Source: the human T2T-CHM13v2.0 reference genome, Homo sapiens
Reading direction: 5' to 3' (one strand)
NCBI RefSeq assembly: GCF_009914755.1
Contig: NC_060940.1
DNA: 64,000 nt
The translations under genes were made by a program, and so were the position numbers. Below, in pieces: positions 1 through 17,074 of this stretch (within the stretch, counting starts at the first letter, position 1; every line of letters starts with the position of its first letter). Under the pieces are notes generated by a model. That model did no database searches, was not told the origin of the DNA, and saw nothing but the letters and a program-made list of their open reading frames with translations.

Positions 1-278
1 GGACGAGGCTCTGAAGTTGCCAGCAACACTTGCGCTGACAGCCCCTTGGCCAGAACACAGTCACGGGCCCAGGTTTAGCTGCAGGGGATGCTGGGAAGTG
101 TCATCTGTAGCTGGGCGGACACGAGCCCCACCAAACCTGGGGATAATTTTAAAGAAGATGGGAGAACTGGGGGACCTTTGCTACATACAGTGAAAACTGG
201 GAGCTGTAATTGGATAACGTAGAGGGAAAAACTAAAAGAGAAGCTATCTTTTTTTTTTCTGGGGGTGGGGTTGTAGGT

Positions 279-528
279 ACGGAGTCTTGCTCTGTCACCT
301 AGGCTGCAGTGCAGTGGCACAATCTCGGCTTACTTCAACCTCTGCCTCCCAGGGTCAAGCGATTCTCCTGCCTCAGTCTCCCCAAGTAGCTGGGATTGCG
401 GTGTGCACCAGCACACCCGGCTAATGTTTGTAATTTTAGTAGAGGCAGGGTTTCGCCATGTTGGCCAGGCTGGTCTCAAACTCCTGACCTCAGGTGATCC
501 GCCTATCTTCGCCTCCCAAAGTGCTGGG
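279..528 (-). mobile_element. Alu (S-type), antisense
   Basis: Reverse-complement Alu body ending ...CTCCCAAAGTGCTGGG, with a T-tract upstream. Confidence 0.9.
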
Positions 529-1108
529 TGCTTTTTGGCTTTATTCCTGTTACTCAACTCCGTGCCTCCGTTTCCTCATCTGTAAAATGGGGGAACTATT
601 AATGCCGTCAGCTGATTCACAGGGTTGGTAGAGAATTAAACAAAGCCAGGCCCATGAATCTCTTGGCACACAGCAGGAGCCCAGTAAAGAGCTGATGTGA
701 TTTTTCTGACTCTGAATACCAAAAAAAGGTAGAAAATGTGCTTGGTTTTCTCGCCTGTGCTCTGAAAGTTTGCTCTTGAGCTCTTTTAGTAGACGGGCTT
801 TCTTCTTTCATGTTATTTTTAGCTCTACAGAGTAAATCCCTATGTGAGTTACTCCTCAAAGAAGGTAGTAATACTTACCAGGTACCCCATGGTTTCCAGG
901 GCCGCACTGTTGATTACTGTTTATTACTGGGACTGGATAACCTTTATGAGCCTTTACTGACCGTGCTGGGCACCGTCACATCCATCATCTCAGTTTGGGC
1001 CTCACAACAGCCCTGGGAAGAAGAAACTGTTGCTCCCACTTTGCAGATAGGGAAACTGAGGTCAAGAGGGTCAAGGGCTCGCCCAATTCCCACAGCTAAT
1101 GTGGGTGA

Positions 1109-1402
<294 letters not shown>

Positions 1403-2021
1403 TAAGCTGCCCTTCTGGTTGTTTTTCAGTTGCAAAAATGCCTGGGGTCACCAGCTTCTCCCTGGAACCTGCTACTGTGGAGATAGAGGGGGGGGTCTCG
1501 CGGAGTCCCCAGGGAGAGCTGAATCTCGGGGCTCGTCAGTGTGGCAGGTGCCCCCAACCCCAAGTACCAACAGCCTCTCATAGCAGGGTCATGGGGTCCA
1601 TGATGCCTGGGGCTAGTCACATGCTGCCCCCAGGGGAATGTTACGGATATGAAGCAGAGATGGGATTTGCTGCCTGTGGGTGCATTTCATGTGGTACTGG
1701 GAATGCCCGCCTGGCTCAGGCTGGTGGGCAGCAGCTGAATCTGTAAGGAAAACCTGTGGCCAAATACGTGCTCACACTTGAGTGTGGGGTGAGAAAGGAT
1801 TAAAATGAACATCTTCCGTTTGAGGCCTGCGTGTTGATACATATATCTCAGGCATTGCAAAGAGACCTGGGCAGAAACACCCCCATCGCTGACCACGGAG
1901 GTGCTCTCTAGGTTCTGGGGCTTGCACAAAACTATTTGTTCTGTTTCACTTTTCTGTATTTTTTTCTTAATACATTTACCTTCCTAATTTTAATTAGTTC
2001 TGAGACTCTCCTCATAAGCTA

Positions 2022-4923
<2,902 letters not shown>

Positions 4924-5528
4924 AAAAAAAAAAGTCATAATATCAGCTCTATAGTTCTTTTCAAAATATTTTAGTAAAATCTGGCGGTGGGGGCACCCAT
5001 GGTGCGTAATTGTTTTTCTACATTAGTGACCCCAGGTCAAGGTTTAAAAGGGCTTCCGCGAAGAGCCTTCTAAAGACAGAAGCAGGCGATGTCCTTCAGC
5101 CTCCCCATCCCTCCCTCCTTACCGTCCTCCGGACCTCATTTTTAGGCCGAACTGGTTTTGCTGCGTCTCTCTCTCCTCTTTGGTAAATCGCGGAGATGCA
5201 CGGCGCACTTCGGGAGTCTGGGCAGGGATGGGGCCCCCTGGGCTCGGCCGGAGAGTAATTCATGGTCTGATTGGAGGCATCAGGTGTACCCTTGGCACAG
5301 AAGGGCGAACATGGCTCAAGGATCAGTTCCCAGTGGCCGAGGGGCACCTGTTAGAACACCAACGTCTCCTACAAATGTGTCCCCAAGAATGCCAGCAAGG
5401 GGAACCAGCAGGGGCCCAAGTATAACATCAATCTGGGCGAGTCACCACTGCCCCTTGCAGCAACCGATGCACTGGTCCAGCCCTCCCGCAGGCCCGCTCC
5501 GTGAGTAAATGGCTCTCTTCTCTTGCAG

Positions 5529-5597
5529 GAATGCAGTGGAGGAAGGCAAGGGTATTTTTTACAACATCAAAAACTTTGTCCGATTCCAGCTGAGCAC
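5529..5597 (+). CDS. ATP2C2: ATP2C2 coding exon (~exon 22)
   Basis: tcttgcag|G...AC|gtaag; NAVEEGKGIFYNIKNFVRFQLST; phase-compatible with flanking exons. Confidence 0.97.
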
Positions 5598-5678
5598 GTA
5601 AGTAGAGGCCAGCATTCCGAGTGTCATTAAGCACCACGCCTGGCGGGCGGCCGCTGACTGGCTGCGTGTGCCCCGCAG

Positions 5679-5795
5679 GAGCATCTCCGCCCTGAGTCTC
5701 ATCACTCTGTCCACCGTGTTCAACCTGCCCAGCCCCCTCAACGCCATGCAGATCCTATGGATCAACATCATCATGGATGGGCCACCGGCGCAGAG
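5679..5795 (+). CDS. ATP2C2: ATP2C2 coding exon (~exon 23): M5-M6 ion-binding region
   Basis: ccccgcag|G...AG|gtgag after an 81-nt intron; [39 protein letters not shown] (SPCA/PMR1-type M6). Confidence 0.97.
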
Positions 5796-7062
5796 GTGAG
5801 GCAGGGCCGGCTGGGAGCCCTGTGTCTCTTTACCCACCTGCGGGGCTTCCTCCAGGGGCTGCTGGCTGTGCCCCAAGGCTATGGGGATGAACAAATACAG
5901 CCACTTTCCATCAGGAGTTCCCAGAAAACTGAAGTGTGTTGCACTGGAGTGAGACTGGGAGTAGAAGGCAGAGGAGAAAGTACCTGGGCCGGCAGAGCTG
6001 GGTGAGGATGGAACTTTCCGCTCCCTCTGCCTGGATGCTCTCTCTGGGCAACCTGCATGGCTCATTCTCATGCTTCATTCCAGTCACCAGTCACTGCCTT
6101 CAGGAAGTCTTCCCTGATTGCACTCCCACTCAATCCCCTCACCCTGCTGTATTTTTCCCTAGAGAGGAAGATACACACAGACACACTTTTCCTTATGGAT
6201 CTGATTGTGATCTGTCTCCCCTTTAGAACATCAGTTTCATGGAGGCGGAGTTTGTGTTTCATCCCTGATGTCTAGAGATAAAGGGCTTGCCACTCAGTAG
6301 GTGCTCAGGAGTCCACCTGCTCCGCGACTTAATATCCCCTTCAACAAGCTGGCCAAGTGGTGTGGGGGAAGGAATGCGCTTTGGAGTCAGGGGACCCATC
6401 TGGCCACGTGTGCGTAACCGTATGAGCACAGAGCCAGTGCTTCCGCTGGAGCTCAGTGCTGCTGTTATCACCAGTGACAGCTGCCAAGGGAAAGAGAGTC
6501 CTCATTTGTGTCCCCAAAGCCAAGTGTGAGGGTTACCTCTCCTGCCAGCCCTCCCTGGGAGCAGAAGTGGGACCAGGAAGCTGGCCTCAGCTGTGTCTGA
6601 GCGGCAGGGCCTCACCCGGCCACTCCCACCATACCGCCTGCTGCGGGTCTAGCCTCAACCCTGCTGTGTGGAGTTGGCTGGAGGCTGGTCTCTCTCAGCT
6701 GATGAGGGGCTCTGCGGAGGGCGGAGCCTGGAGCCTGTTTCTCCAGGCGCAACGTTGGGGGGGGTCCCCTCGGGGTGATGGAGATCATCTGGGTGTATGG
6801 AACTGTGTGTGGTTGGCCTTACTGGGTGGTCTTCCTTCACTGTCTGCGGGACAGATGGAGGGGCACAGCTGCCCATGGACCCAGGCTCTGGGGCTTCTGG
6901 AAGGTGCCGAGGAGGGCAGGTGCGATGCCTGGGGGCGTTCAGCAAATGCCTGGCCCTGCCCCCTGTGCCATCTTGGCCTGGGAGGCTCAGGCACAGCTGT
7001 TTCAAGGGTCCTTTATTTCATTCCTGGTTCATTTCAAAGTGTCTGTGTCTTGTTCGGAGCAG

Positions 7063-7210
7063 CTTGGGGGTAGAGCCCGTTGACAAAGACGCCTTCAGGC
7101 AGCCACCACGGAGTGTGCGGGACACCATCCTCAGCAGAGCCCTCATCCTGAAGATCCTCATGTCCGCGGCCATCATCATCAGCGGGACCCTCTTTATCTT
7201 CTGGAAGGAG
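7063..7210 (+). CDS. ATP2C2: ATP2C2 coding exon (~exon 24)
   Basis: gcag|C...GAG|gtgag; [49 protein letters not shown]. Confidence 0.96.
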
Positions 7211-8122
7211 GTGAGCGAGGGTCACCCCGGCCTGTTCTCCAAGCCCTGGTGCAGTGCAGACGCTGGGGACTGCAGTCCCTGCCCTCCTGCCACAGCTCAC
7301 ATCTGGGAGAGGCAAACATGTACACACACCGGACAATGTGATGCCATCAGAGGCGTGGGGTGCATGAGGCAAAGGGACTGGGTGACCCCTGAAAGAAGGG
7401 AGGTCGCCAGGTGTGTGCCTGGGAACTACAGAGGCCAGCGGGGTGGAGATGACTTTGCCGAGACGGGAGTTGAAATGTACATGAGGACAGGCTGCCCCCT
7501 GTTCCCTTGTCACCAGGAAACAATTTGAAATCTGCTAAATATCCTCCTGTGTTACACTCTAGAGGTGATTGTTTGCTTTGGATCTAGGCCTGGGTCACCT
7601 TTTCATGGCCTGCAGGTTCAGGGAGCTCTGTGCCAGGACGGGCCACGATCTAGGTGGGAAATGAGGCAGGTGACCCATGTGACCACACCACAGATTGCCC
7701 ATGTGCAGGAAGCGGGAGGGGACCCTGGCCGGGTACCCTGCCTCCATTTTCCCTCCAGCTCTCCCTCTACTACTGACGGCCATCCTTCAGCCTTCCTTGT
7801 AGGAAATGACCTTCACTCTGGGTTTAACTGGAGTGGCATCACCTCCCAGGGAGACAGTTACTTCCTGGAGGAAGTGGTGTTTCCTCCACCCATAGGTGCC
7901 CTGCCCCCATCCTCATGGTGGCAGCAAATCGGCATGTGCTGGGGAGACCCTGGGGTAGCAGCCACTGACCTCACACCTGGAGGAAGCTGTGTGACCGATT
8001 CATGAGCTTGTAAGTGGCTCCCAGCCGTGCCCCAGGAGCAGTGAGGCAGGCCTGTGCCCTTTGGTTCAGGATGGAGGTTGTCTCTTCCCGCCTAACCTCT
8101 CACCTTTGTGCTCACCTTCCAG

Positions 8123-8221
8123 ATGCCTGAAGACAGAGCAAGCACTCCCCGCACCACGACGATGACGTTCACTTGTTTTGTGTTTTTCGATCTCTTCAAC
8201 GCCTTGACCTGCCGCTCTCAG
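8123..8221 (+). CDS. ATP2C2: ATP2C2 coding exon (~exon 25)
   Basis: ttccag|ATG...CAG|gtgag; [33 protein letters not shown]. Confidence 0.96.
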
Positions 8222-8396
8222 GTGAGACCCGGGCTGACCCTCCTCGCTGCAGAGCTGCTGTGTGTTCTCGACAGCAGCGCCCCGACCCTGCCCGCAGCAT
8301 TGAGCGGCTCTAGCTCAGCGTGGGCAGTCAGAGCTCCCCTGCCTGTACCTGGGGTGTGGACAGCACACAATCCCCCGTGTGACCTTCTCCCTGCAG

Positions 8397-8538
8397 ACCA
8401 AGCTGATATTTGAGATCGGCTTTCTCAGGAACCACATGTTCCTCTACTCCGTCCTGGGGTCCATCCTGGGGCAGCTGGCGGTCATTTACATCCCCCCGCT
8501 GCAGAGGGTCTTCCAGACGGAGAACCTGGGAGCGCTTG
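8397..8538 (+). CDS. ATP2C2: ATP2C2 coding exon (~exon 26)
   Basis: ctgcag|ACC...G|gtgag; [47 protein letters not shown]. Confidence 0.96.
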
Positions 8539-9994
8539 GTGAGTGGTGGGGACGGGAACGACAGGTGACCTCAACCAGGGCCATGGGGGGCGGCAGCTGC
8601 CAGGTGGGGAGCTGCAGCCCAGGAGGGGTCAGTGCGGGAAAGCGGAGCTCACCAGGGGCCGGCTCTGTCTTCAGGGCCCTTCTGTCCTCACAGGAAGGGA
8701 CTCTAACGTGGGTGATGTGACGGATGCACAGAAACCCCTAGGAAGAGGCCTGTCACTCAAGAGTAGTAGGGTCTGGGGCCCAAGGGGCACCGGCATCCCA
8801 GGCGTCGGGCTGGAGGCTCAGAGCACGTGCAGGGAGGAAGGAGGGAGCAAGGCCTGGACTCAGCCTGGGAGGTACCCCAGCTGGGGAGCCTGGACTTGAC
8901 CCTGGGGCCAGTAATCTGACTTAGAGATCTGGTCACCTGAAGACAGGGAGCTGGGCTGTCTTCCAGTTTTGGCTGAAAGGGACATGATTCAGTCACCGTG
9001 GTTTTCCAAGGGCACACGCCCTGGTGTGGAGCCCAGGGGACTCCCCGACATTGTCAGCCAAGCGAGTGTGGCACCTTTCTCTGAAGCTGCGGTTATGGCA
9101 GGCATGGGGCAAGGGGAGGGAGCCAGGGACAAGTCATCGACCCCACCCTTTTCCCCAGTGTGCTGAGAGCCAACCCCAACCCGGAATAGAGGACGAGGGA
9201 GGCCAGTGAGGCAGCCCCCACGGGCCCACCGCCTCCCCGCCGGCAGGGCCCAGAGTGGGTCATGGCTCAGATCTGGAGGGTCATGGGATTATGCATCAGA
9301 CCTGAGGCTGCAGTGACAACGGTCCTATGACCTCCAGGCAAGACTGGGATGGTCAACTCTGCCTTGTCCTCCAAAAAGCAGTGTCAGTGTGGGTCACCAG
9401 TGAATGCCCTGTAGGAACAGACAAGAGGACCCCCCAAAACACTCTGCTCACTGGCTGTTTCCACCCGCCGGGAAGGAAGTCGGCTTCCCACGCCTGAAGG
9501 GGTTGTGCTTGGGCAGCCCGTACATCAGGAATCATCAACAGGGAGCCAGGGATGGTTCCTCAAAACAGCATGTGACAGGAGCAGAGGGAGACGCTGGGAA
9601 TTCATCCCAGGGAACATGTCGGGGTGCACTGGACAGGGAGCCCAGACTGGTCACTCAGGACATTTGCAAGCAGCAGGGCACTGGGACAGCTGCTGTCGGG
9701 AAAGGAAACTCATTCCCCTTCCAGCCCGAGTCCATAACATGCTCCCAGCTGCCTGCCAGACCCACCCTGTGCTCTGGAGCTGCCTGGTGTTTGCCTGGAA
9801 CCACAGGCAGGCCCTTCTGGAACTGCAGCATTTTGGATCCTGGGTTAGGAAGATCTCCCTGCCTTCAGGGGAATGAAAAGGGCTGGTCCTCCGCACCTCT
9901 CACTTTATCAGGAGGACTGGCAGGGAAGGCGCTTCCTGCCGGCGCAACAGAGCTGCAGCCTGTCCTGAATCTTTTCTGTTTTCTCCCTTGGCAG

Positions 9995-10113
9995 ATTTGC
10001 TGTTTTTAACTGGATTGGCCTCATCCGTCTTCATTTTGTCAGAGCTCCTCAAACTATGTGAAAAATACTGTTGCAGCCCCAAGAGAGTCCAGATGCACCC
10101 TGAAGATGTGTAG
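9995..10113 (+). CDS. ATP2C2: ATP2C2 terminal coding exon (M10 and C-terminal tail, stop TAG)
   Basis: ggcag|AT...GTG TAG; DLLFLTGLASSVFILSELLKLCEKYCCSPKRVQMHPEDV*. Confidence 0.96.
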
Positions 10114-10358
10114 TGGACCGCACTCCGCGGCACCTTCCCTAATCATCTCGATCTGGTTGTGACTGTGGCCCCTGCCGTGTCTCCTCGTCAGGGGAGACTT
10201 TTAGGAGGCCGCAGCCTTCCATCACCGGATCAGTTTTTCCTCTTAGGAAAGCTGCAGGAACCTCGTGGGCTCCAGGGACCCAGGCCCACATCCATCCAGC
10301 GTTCCCGCTGGCTGTGGGACAGACAGGGAGGGGCCTGTACAGAAACACCACACTGTTT

Positions 10359-10546
10359 ATTAAATCACAATGATTTTTATTAACCATGTCTAACTACGTA
10401 TCTGTGTCACAGCTTGCAGTGAGGCAGGCCACTCGTGGCAGATACAAGGGGCTCCTGAGAGGCAGTGGGTAGGATGGTCACACTCTGCCCATTGCCCTCC
10501 TGGAGGCCCCATTTCCTCATCATAAAATGAGGGACTTTTAAATAAA
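10359..10546 (+). terminator. ATP2C2: ATP2C2 candidate polyadenylation signals
   Basis: ATTAAA at 10359-10364 and AATAAA at 10541-10546, each followed by GT/T-rich sequence. Confidence 0.7.
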
Positions 10547-10710
10547 GTGCTATGCCGGGGGATAATTATTTTGATGTGTTTACCTAGGGTTTTTCATACA
10601 AGGGGCCAGGTTGGAAACCCACAGCCATGTGTTAATGGCCACGTGGGGTGAGCAGCAATCCATCATGAATGGCCTACAGGAAGGCCTCGGCTTTTGGAGA
10701 TAAAGAGTAG

Positions 10711-10983
10711 GGCTGGGCATGGTGGCTCACGCCTGTAATCCCAGCACTTTGCAAGGCCAAGGCAGGCAGATCACTTGAGGCCAGCCTGGCCAACACAGCA
10801 AAACCCTGTCTGTCTCTACTAAAAGTTTAAAAAAAAAAAAAAAAAACAGTTGCCAGGCGTGATGATGCACACCTGTTAATCCCAGCTACTCGGGAGGCTG
10901 AGGCAGGAGAATGGCTTGAGTCCAGGAGGTGGAGATTGTACCACTGCACTGCAGCATGGGCAACAAAGCAAGAGTCTCTCTCA
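10711..10983 (+). mobile_element. Alu with internal deletions
   Basis: GGCTGGGCATGGTGGCTCACGCCTGTAATCCCAGC start; A-rich linker; shortened arms. Confidence 0.85.
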
Positions 10984-11229
10984 GAAAGTGGCCCTTCTCT
11001 CCGGAACCAGGAACTGTAGTATCTCCTGCTGCCTGCAGACAAGCTTGATTTCCCACTGCCCCAAAGACTTCCAAAAACCCATCTGCTCTTCCACGTGACA
11101 GATGGCAGAGGAGAGAGGTCTCCATGCTGTTCTTCTGCCTGAAGCCACGCCAGAACCACCAAAGGGAACCAGAAGGGGAACTCCGTCCCCATCTCTCAGG
11201 AAATAAGGCCAGAGCTAGAACCCCCCAGT

Positions 11230-11607
11230 TACTAGTCAGGCCTCACTAGAGAAACAGAACCAACAGGATGGAGGGAGATGCAGAGATTTGTTTTAAGGAA
11301 CTGGCTCATAGGATTTTGGGGGCTGGCAAGTCTAACATCTTGAGGGCAGGCCAGCATCCTGGAGACCCAGGGAAGAGCTGGGGATGCAGGCTGGAGGCAG
11401 AATTTCCTCCTCCTCAAGGGAGTTCAGCCTTTTCCTCTTATAGTCCTCATCTGATCGGATGAGGCCCACTGACGTTATGAAGGATAAACTGTTCTACTTC
11501 AAGTCTACGGGCTTACATGTTAGTTACACAGCGCCATCTAGACCAGTGTTTGCTTGACGAAAATCAACTTGGCCTGGCCAAGTTGTCAGATAAAAGTACC
11601 CGTTGCA
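11230..11607. mobile_element. MLT2-family (ERVL) solo LTR
   Basis: TAGTCAGG...AGAGAAACAGAACCAA...AAGGAACTGGCTCA...GATGAGGCCCAC resembles the MLT2 consensus from memory. Confidence 0.7.
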
Positions 11608-12199
11608 CCCAGCCACGGTAGCTATGAAAAGGGCTACCAGGGGTGGTAACAGCTGGGTCAGACGAAGATAAGGAAGGTCAGAGTGGACCCCTGCCAGGGT
11701 TCCAGGCAGAGTCCAAAGTCCTCCATAGTAGGATTCACAGCCTGGGAAGAAGCCCCTCTCTGGCTACAACCTGTGACACCAGGGCCACAGGAGGAGATGC
11801 AGCGATGGGCCATTCCTAGTGAGACACAGACACAGGGCTGGCTGGAGAAGAAACCTTTTGAGCTGTGGGGCTGTCTTCCTAGAAGCTGCCAACCCCTGGA
11901 ACCACTAAGAGGTCAAGGCTGAAGTGTGCCACTTCCACAGTCTGCTAAGGAGTGCCTCCCCCTGAGTCAGGGACAATTCTTGCTCTACTTTTCAGGATCC
12001 TTGGGCACACTGCTGGCCCGAGACATTTACTTCCCATTTAAAATTAAGTAATCAAAATACCAGGGTCGATTGATATTTGCAATAACAACAAAAATTACTC
12101 TGAACTCTTGCTTATGTAAACTTTAGGGATAAAACTGTAGTAAGACACAAAATGCTAACAATAAAATATAAATTAGACTACATTAAAACTAAGACCTTC

Positions 12200-13640
12200 T
12201 TTTCATTAAGGACACAGTAGACTTGAACACCACCATTAAGCAACTTAGCTTGATTTACACTTGTAGAACACCCCATTCACGAGTAGCACAGAAACAGTCA
12301 CCAAAATAAAGAGCAGAAATCAAACGAAAAAGCAAAAATAGAGGAAAATCAATCAAAACCTAGTTTTTCGAAGAGATCAATAAAACTATCAGTCTTGCAA
12401 TAAGCTTATCAAAGAAAAAAGGGAAGAGAAATGACCAATGTCAGGAATGAAAAAGTATATCACCACAAACCCTTCAAGATATTCCAACAATAATAATAAA
12501 TAATACTATGTACATCTTTATGTACCTAAATTCAATCAACTGGATGAAATAAACCAATTGCTTGAAAACCAAAAACTACCAAAACTCACTGAAGATTAAA
12601 TAGATAAGCTGAAGTTGAAACCCTTCCAAAAAAGGCAGTTTCTGAAGCCAGATGATTTCACTGGTGAATTTTACTAAACTTGTAAAGAAACGGCAATTCG
12701 ATACACTGAATTCCAAAAATAAAAGGGGACCGAGCACTTCTCATTTTATAAGGTCAACAATCACTCTGATACCAAAACTAGAGAAAAATACTAGAGACCA
12801 ACATCCCTTATGAATATATGCACGAAAATCCTCAACAAAATATGAGGAAATCAGATCTAGCCAGGTAGGAAGAATATAAGACACCAGGACGAAGTGGGGT
12901 TAATTGAGGAATGGAATTCAAGCATTCCAAAGTTCAACATTCAAAACCAATATAACTGAAAAGTTCAACATTCAAAAACCAATATAACTCACTATATTAA
13001 TAGTCTGAAGAAGGAAAAACACATGGTTATATCAATTAATGCAGAAAAGGCATTTGATAAAATTCAATCTCCATTTGTAATAAAAACTCTCAAACTAGGA
13101 ATTGAAGGAAACTTCTTCAACCTGATAAAGAACATCTACAAAAAACCTATAGCTAACATCATACTTAATGATGAAAAACTGAATTCTTTCCCCACAGGAT
13201 AAGGTCCAAGGGTGACCAGCCTCACCACTCCTATTCAGCACAGTATTAGAAGTCCTAGCCAGTGTAATATGGCAAGAAAAGTTAAAAGGCATTAGCAAAG
13301 AGCCTGGAAAGGAGAAAATCACAGATAACATAATTGTCCACACAGAAAATCCCAACAAATCTTTTTAAAAAAGAAAAACCCTCCTAGAATCAATGAGTTT
13401 AGTAAAGCCACAAGATACAAGGTTAACACACAAAAAGCAGTCGTATTTCTATATATTAGCAATGAACAACTGGAAACTGAAATTTAAAATTGAATACTAT
13501 TTGTCTGTCTCAAAAAAAAGTATCAATTCTCCCGAGATTGTTGTATTAGGTTTGACACAATTACCATCAAAATCCCAGGGTTTTTTTGTTTTTGTTTTTT
13601 TTTAAGACACAGATAAACTTGTTCTAACAAGCTTGGTATG
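12200..13640 (+). mobile_element. Old degenerate L1 (L1M-type) ORF2 fragment
   Basis: A-rich; recognisable ORF2 blocks (AAAATCCTCAACAAAAT, GCAGAAAAGGCATTTGATAAAATTCAA, CCACTCCTATTCAGCA) with many stops. Confidence 0.85.
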
Positions 13641-13644
13641 ATAT

Positions 13645-14020
13645 TGTTAACAGCAGACCTATTTCAATTTCACTGGTTTTTACATAGCATCTGATGTTAG
13701 GCAAACCTGAGTTTAAGGGCACAGTGCTCCAGGTGGCTGGCCAAGTCTGCCCAGGCCTTCTGATACTGACTGCAGGTCCAAGAGTTTCCCACAACCACCT
13801 TCAGGTTGGATGATTCGTTGATGAGGCACACAGAGCTCACTGACACCTGTCATGCTCACAGCCATGTCTATTACCAGGAAAAGATACAGATTAGAACAGC
13901 CCCAGGGCTGCAACTGCAGAGACTGGTCACCCTCTCCCTCTGAGCTCAACAGTTTCTGAGTCCTGAGTCTTTCTAGCAAATCACTGGGTCTGAGAGTGGT
14001 TTCCTGCCCCCCACAACACA
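13645..14020. mobile_element. MER21/MER77-like LTR fragments
   Basis: ACCACCTTCAGGTTGGATGATTCG...AGAGCTCACTGA...GGAAAAGATACAGATTA resembles MER21/77 from memory. Confidence 0.5.
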
Positions 14021-14749
14021 AGTTCTATGAAATTGTATGACACACATCAATTCAGGTAACCACTGCTACAAGGAGTAGGCAAAACTTCCATCGCCCCTGA
14101 AAAACTCCTCCTTACTTTTTATAGTAACACCCTCCTAATCCCAGCAACCTCTAATCCCTTCTTCATCACCATAATGTTGTTCCTTCAATATTGTTACATA
14201 AATGGAATCATGGTATAGAACCTTTTAAGACTGGCTTTTGTCACTAAGCATAATACCTGTAAGGTCCCTTCAAGTTGTTTTATGTGTGTTCTTCTTCATG
14301 GCTGACTAGTATTCCACTGCATGGATGTACCACAATTTCTTTATCCACTCACTCATGGAGTGACAGAAACTCCTGTACAATTTTTGGAAGTCTATATGAA
14401 TCTAAAATTATTTCAAAGTGTGTAAGAAGATAAGATATACTCATAGGGCAAAAATACACCAGGTAAAGACAAACAACACACAAGACCAAGGTGACACAGT
14501 CTAATCAGACAAGATTAAAAGAAAGGCCAAAAGCATTAAAGGAGACCAAGAAGGAAATTTAACAAGATATAATCACCACTGAAAAATCCATAGGCCAGAC
14601 TATGTACCAACACAACATTCAAATTTAAAGAGGAAACAGTATGGGAAATTCAGGCAAAGGATACAGAAAATTCATTATATTAACTTACCACATGAAAGGA
14701 CACAAAACCTCAGTGATTCCAAAGAGTAGATCTAATATAGATGACTTCT

Positions 14750-15179
<430 letters not shown>

Positions 15180-15658
15180 CTAGAAGCTTATGATCAACAC
15201 ACACCTATCTATACAATACTGCAAAATAACTCAGGGCCCAAGAAAAAAGTAATAGCTTTATGTATTCATCTACTTCCATTATTTTTTATTTAGTAAAATA
15301 ACTCAAAAAGCTGAAAAAAAAAACTGAAGAAAAACAGGAATAATATAAAAGCAAAATTAGTAACTGAATCCAATCTAGGAAAATGAAAACACAAGAAAAG
15401 GAAAAAAAACATAACTACAAAAGAGTTTCAATACTTTGGGGTCACTATTACATAAAGTAATTTGAAGACTTCCAGCAGAGATTTAAAACAATCCAATGGT
15501 AAAAGAAATGGATAAGGTTGTCAAGAGTTAATCCCATCCTCACCTACATCATCAGAAGCAGGAATGCAGACCTGCAATTTGCATTTTAAGAAGCTCTCTA
15601 GGCAAATCTGATGCATGCTCAAGCGGGGAGAACTACTGGATAAAAGAGGTCAGTAAGA

Positions 15659-16294
<636 letters not shown>

Positions 16295-16761
16295 CTACAA
16301 AAATCAAGAGCTTCCTATGTTAAAATAACCATCACTTAGGAAAAAATGTCCACTGACAGTCCCAGAAATGACAATAAAAATTTACCTAAGAAGCTAGATG
16401 TCCCTGTTCTTGGATAGAAGCATCAACGTTAGCCAAATGTCAGCATTAAATATACATTAACATAGGCAGAACCATTTGGAAAGTACTATCCTATTTTTTA
16501 GAAGTGGTCACAGTGCAAAGGTCGGAGAAAATAAGCAGCCAAGCATTTGCCAAAAAATTCCAAAAAACAGTAGTAAGAGAAAAACGGCTCTTACATATTT
16601 TTATCACCAAATTCCAGCAATTAAAACATGAGAGAGACCTCAATTCATACAGAAACTCAGCTGATGACAAAGTATCATTAGAAGTCAATGGGAAAAGACA
16701 AACCACTTAATATACAAGGTAATGGGACTTTATTTTGGGCTAAGATAGGACTATATGTTTA

Positions 16762-17074
<313 letters not shown>

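Noticed and set aside
111-900. Candidate cassette exons upstream of the first ATP2C2 exon shown
   Set aside because: AG/GT pairs exist but are weak or contain stops, and none gives ATPase-like sequence
5600-13800. Antisense lncRNA over the ATP2C2 3' end (I recall an annotated ATP2C2-AS1 near here)
   Set aside because: Exons and TSS cannot be established from the sequence alone, so it is not listed as a feature
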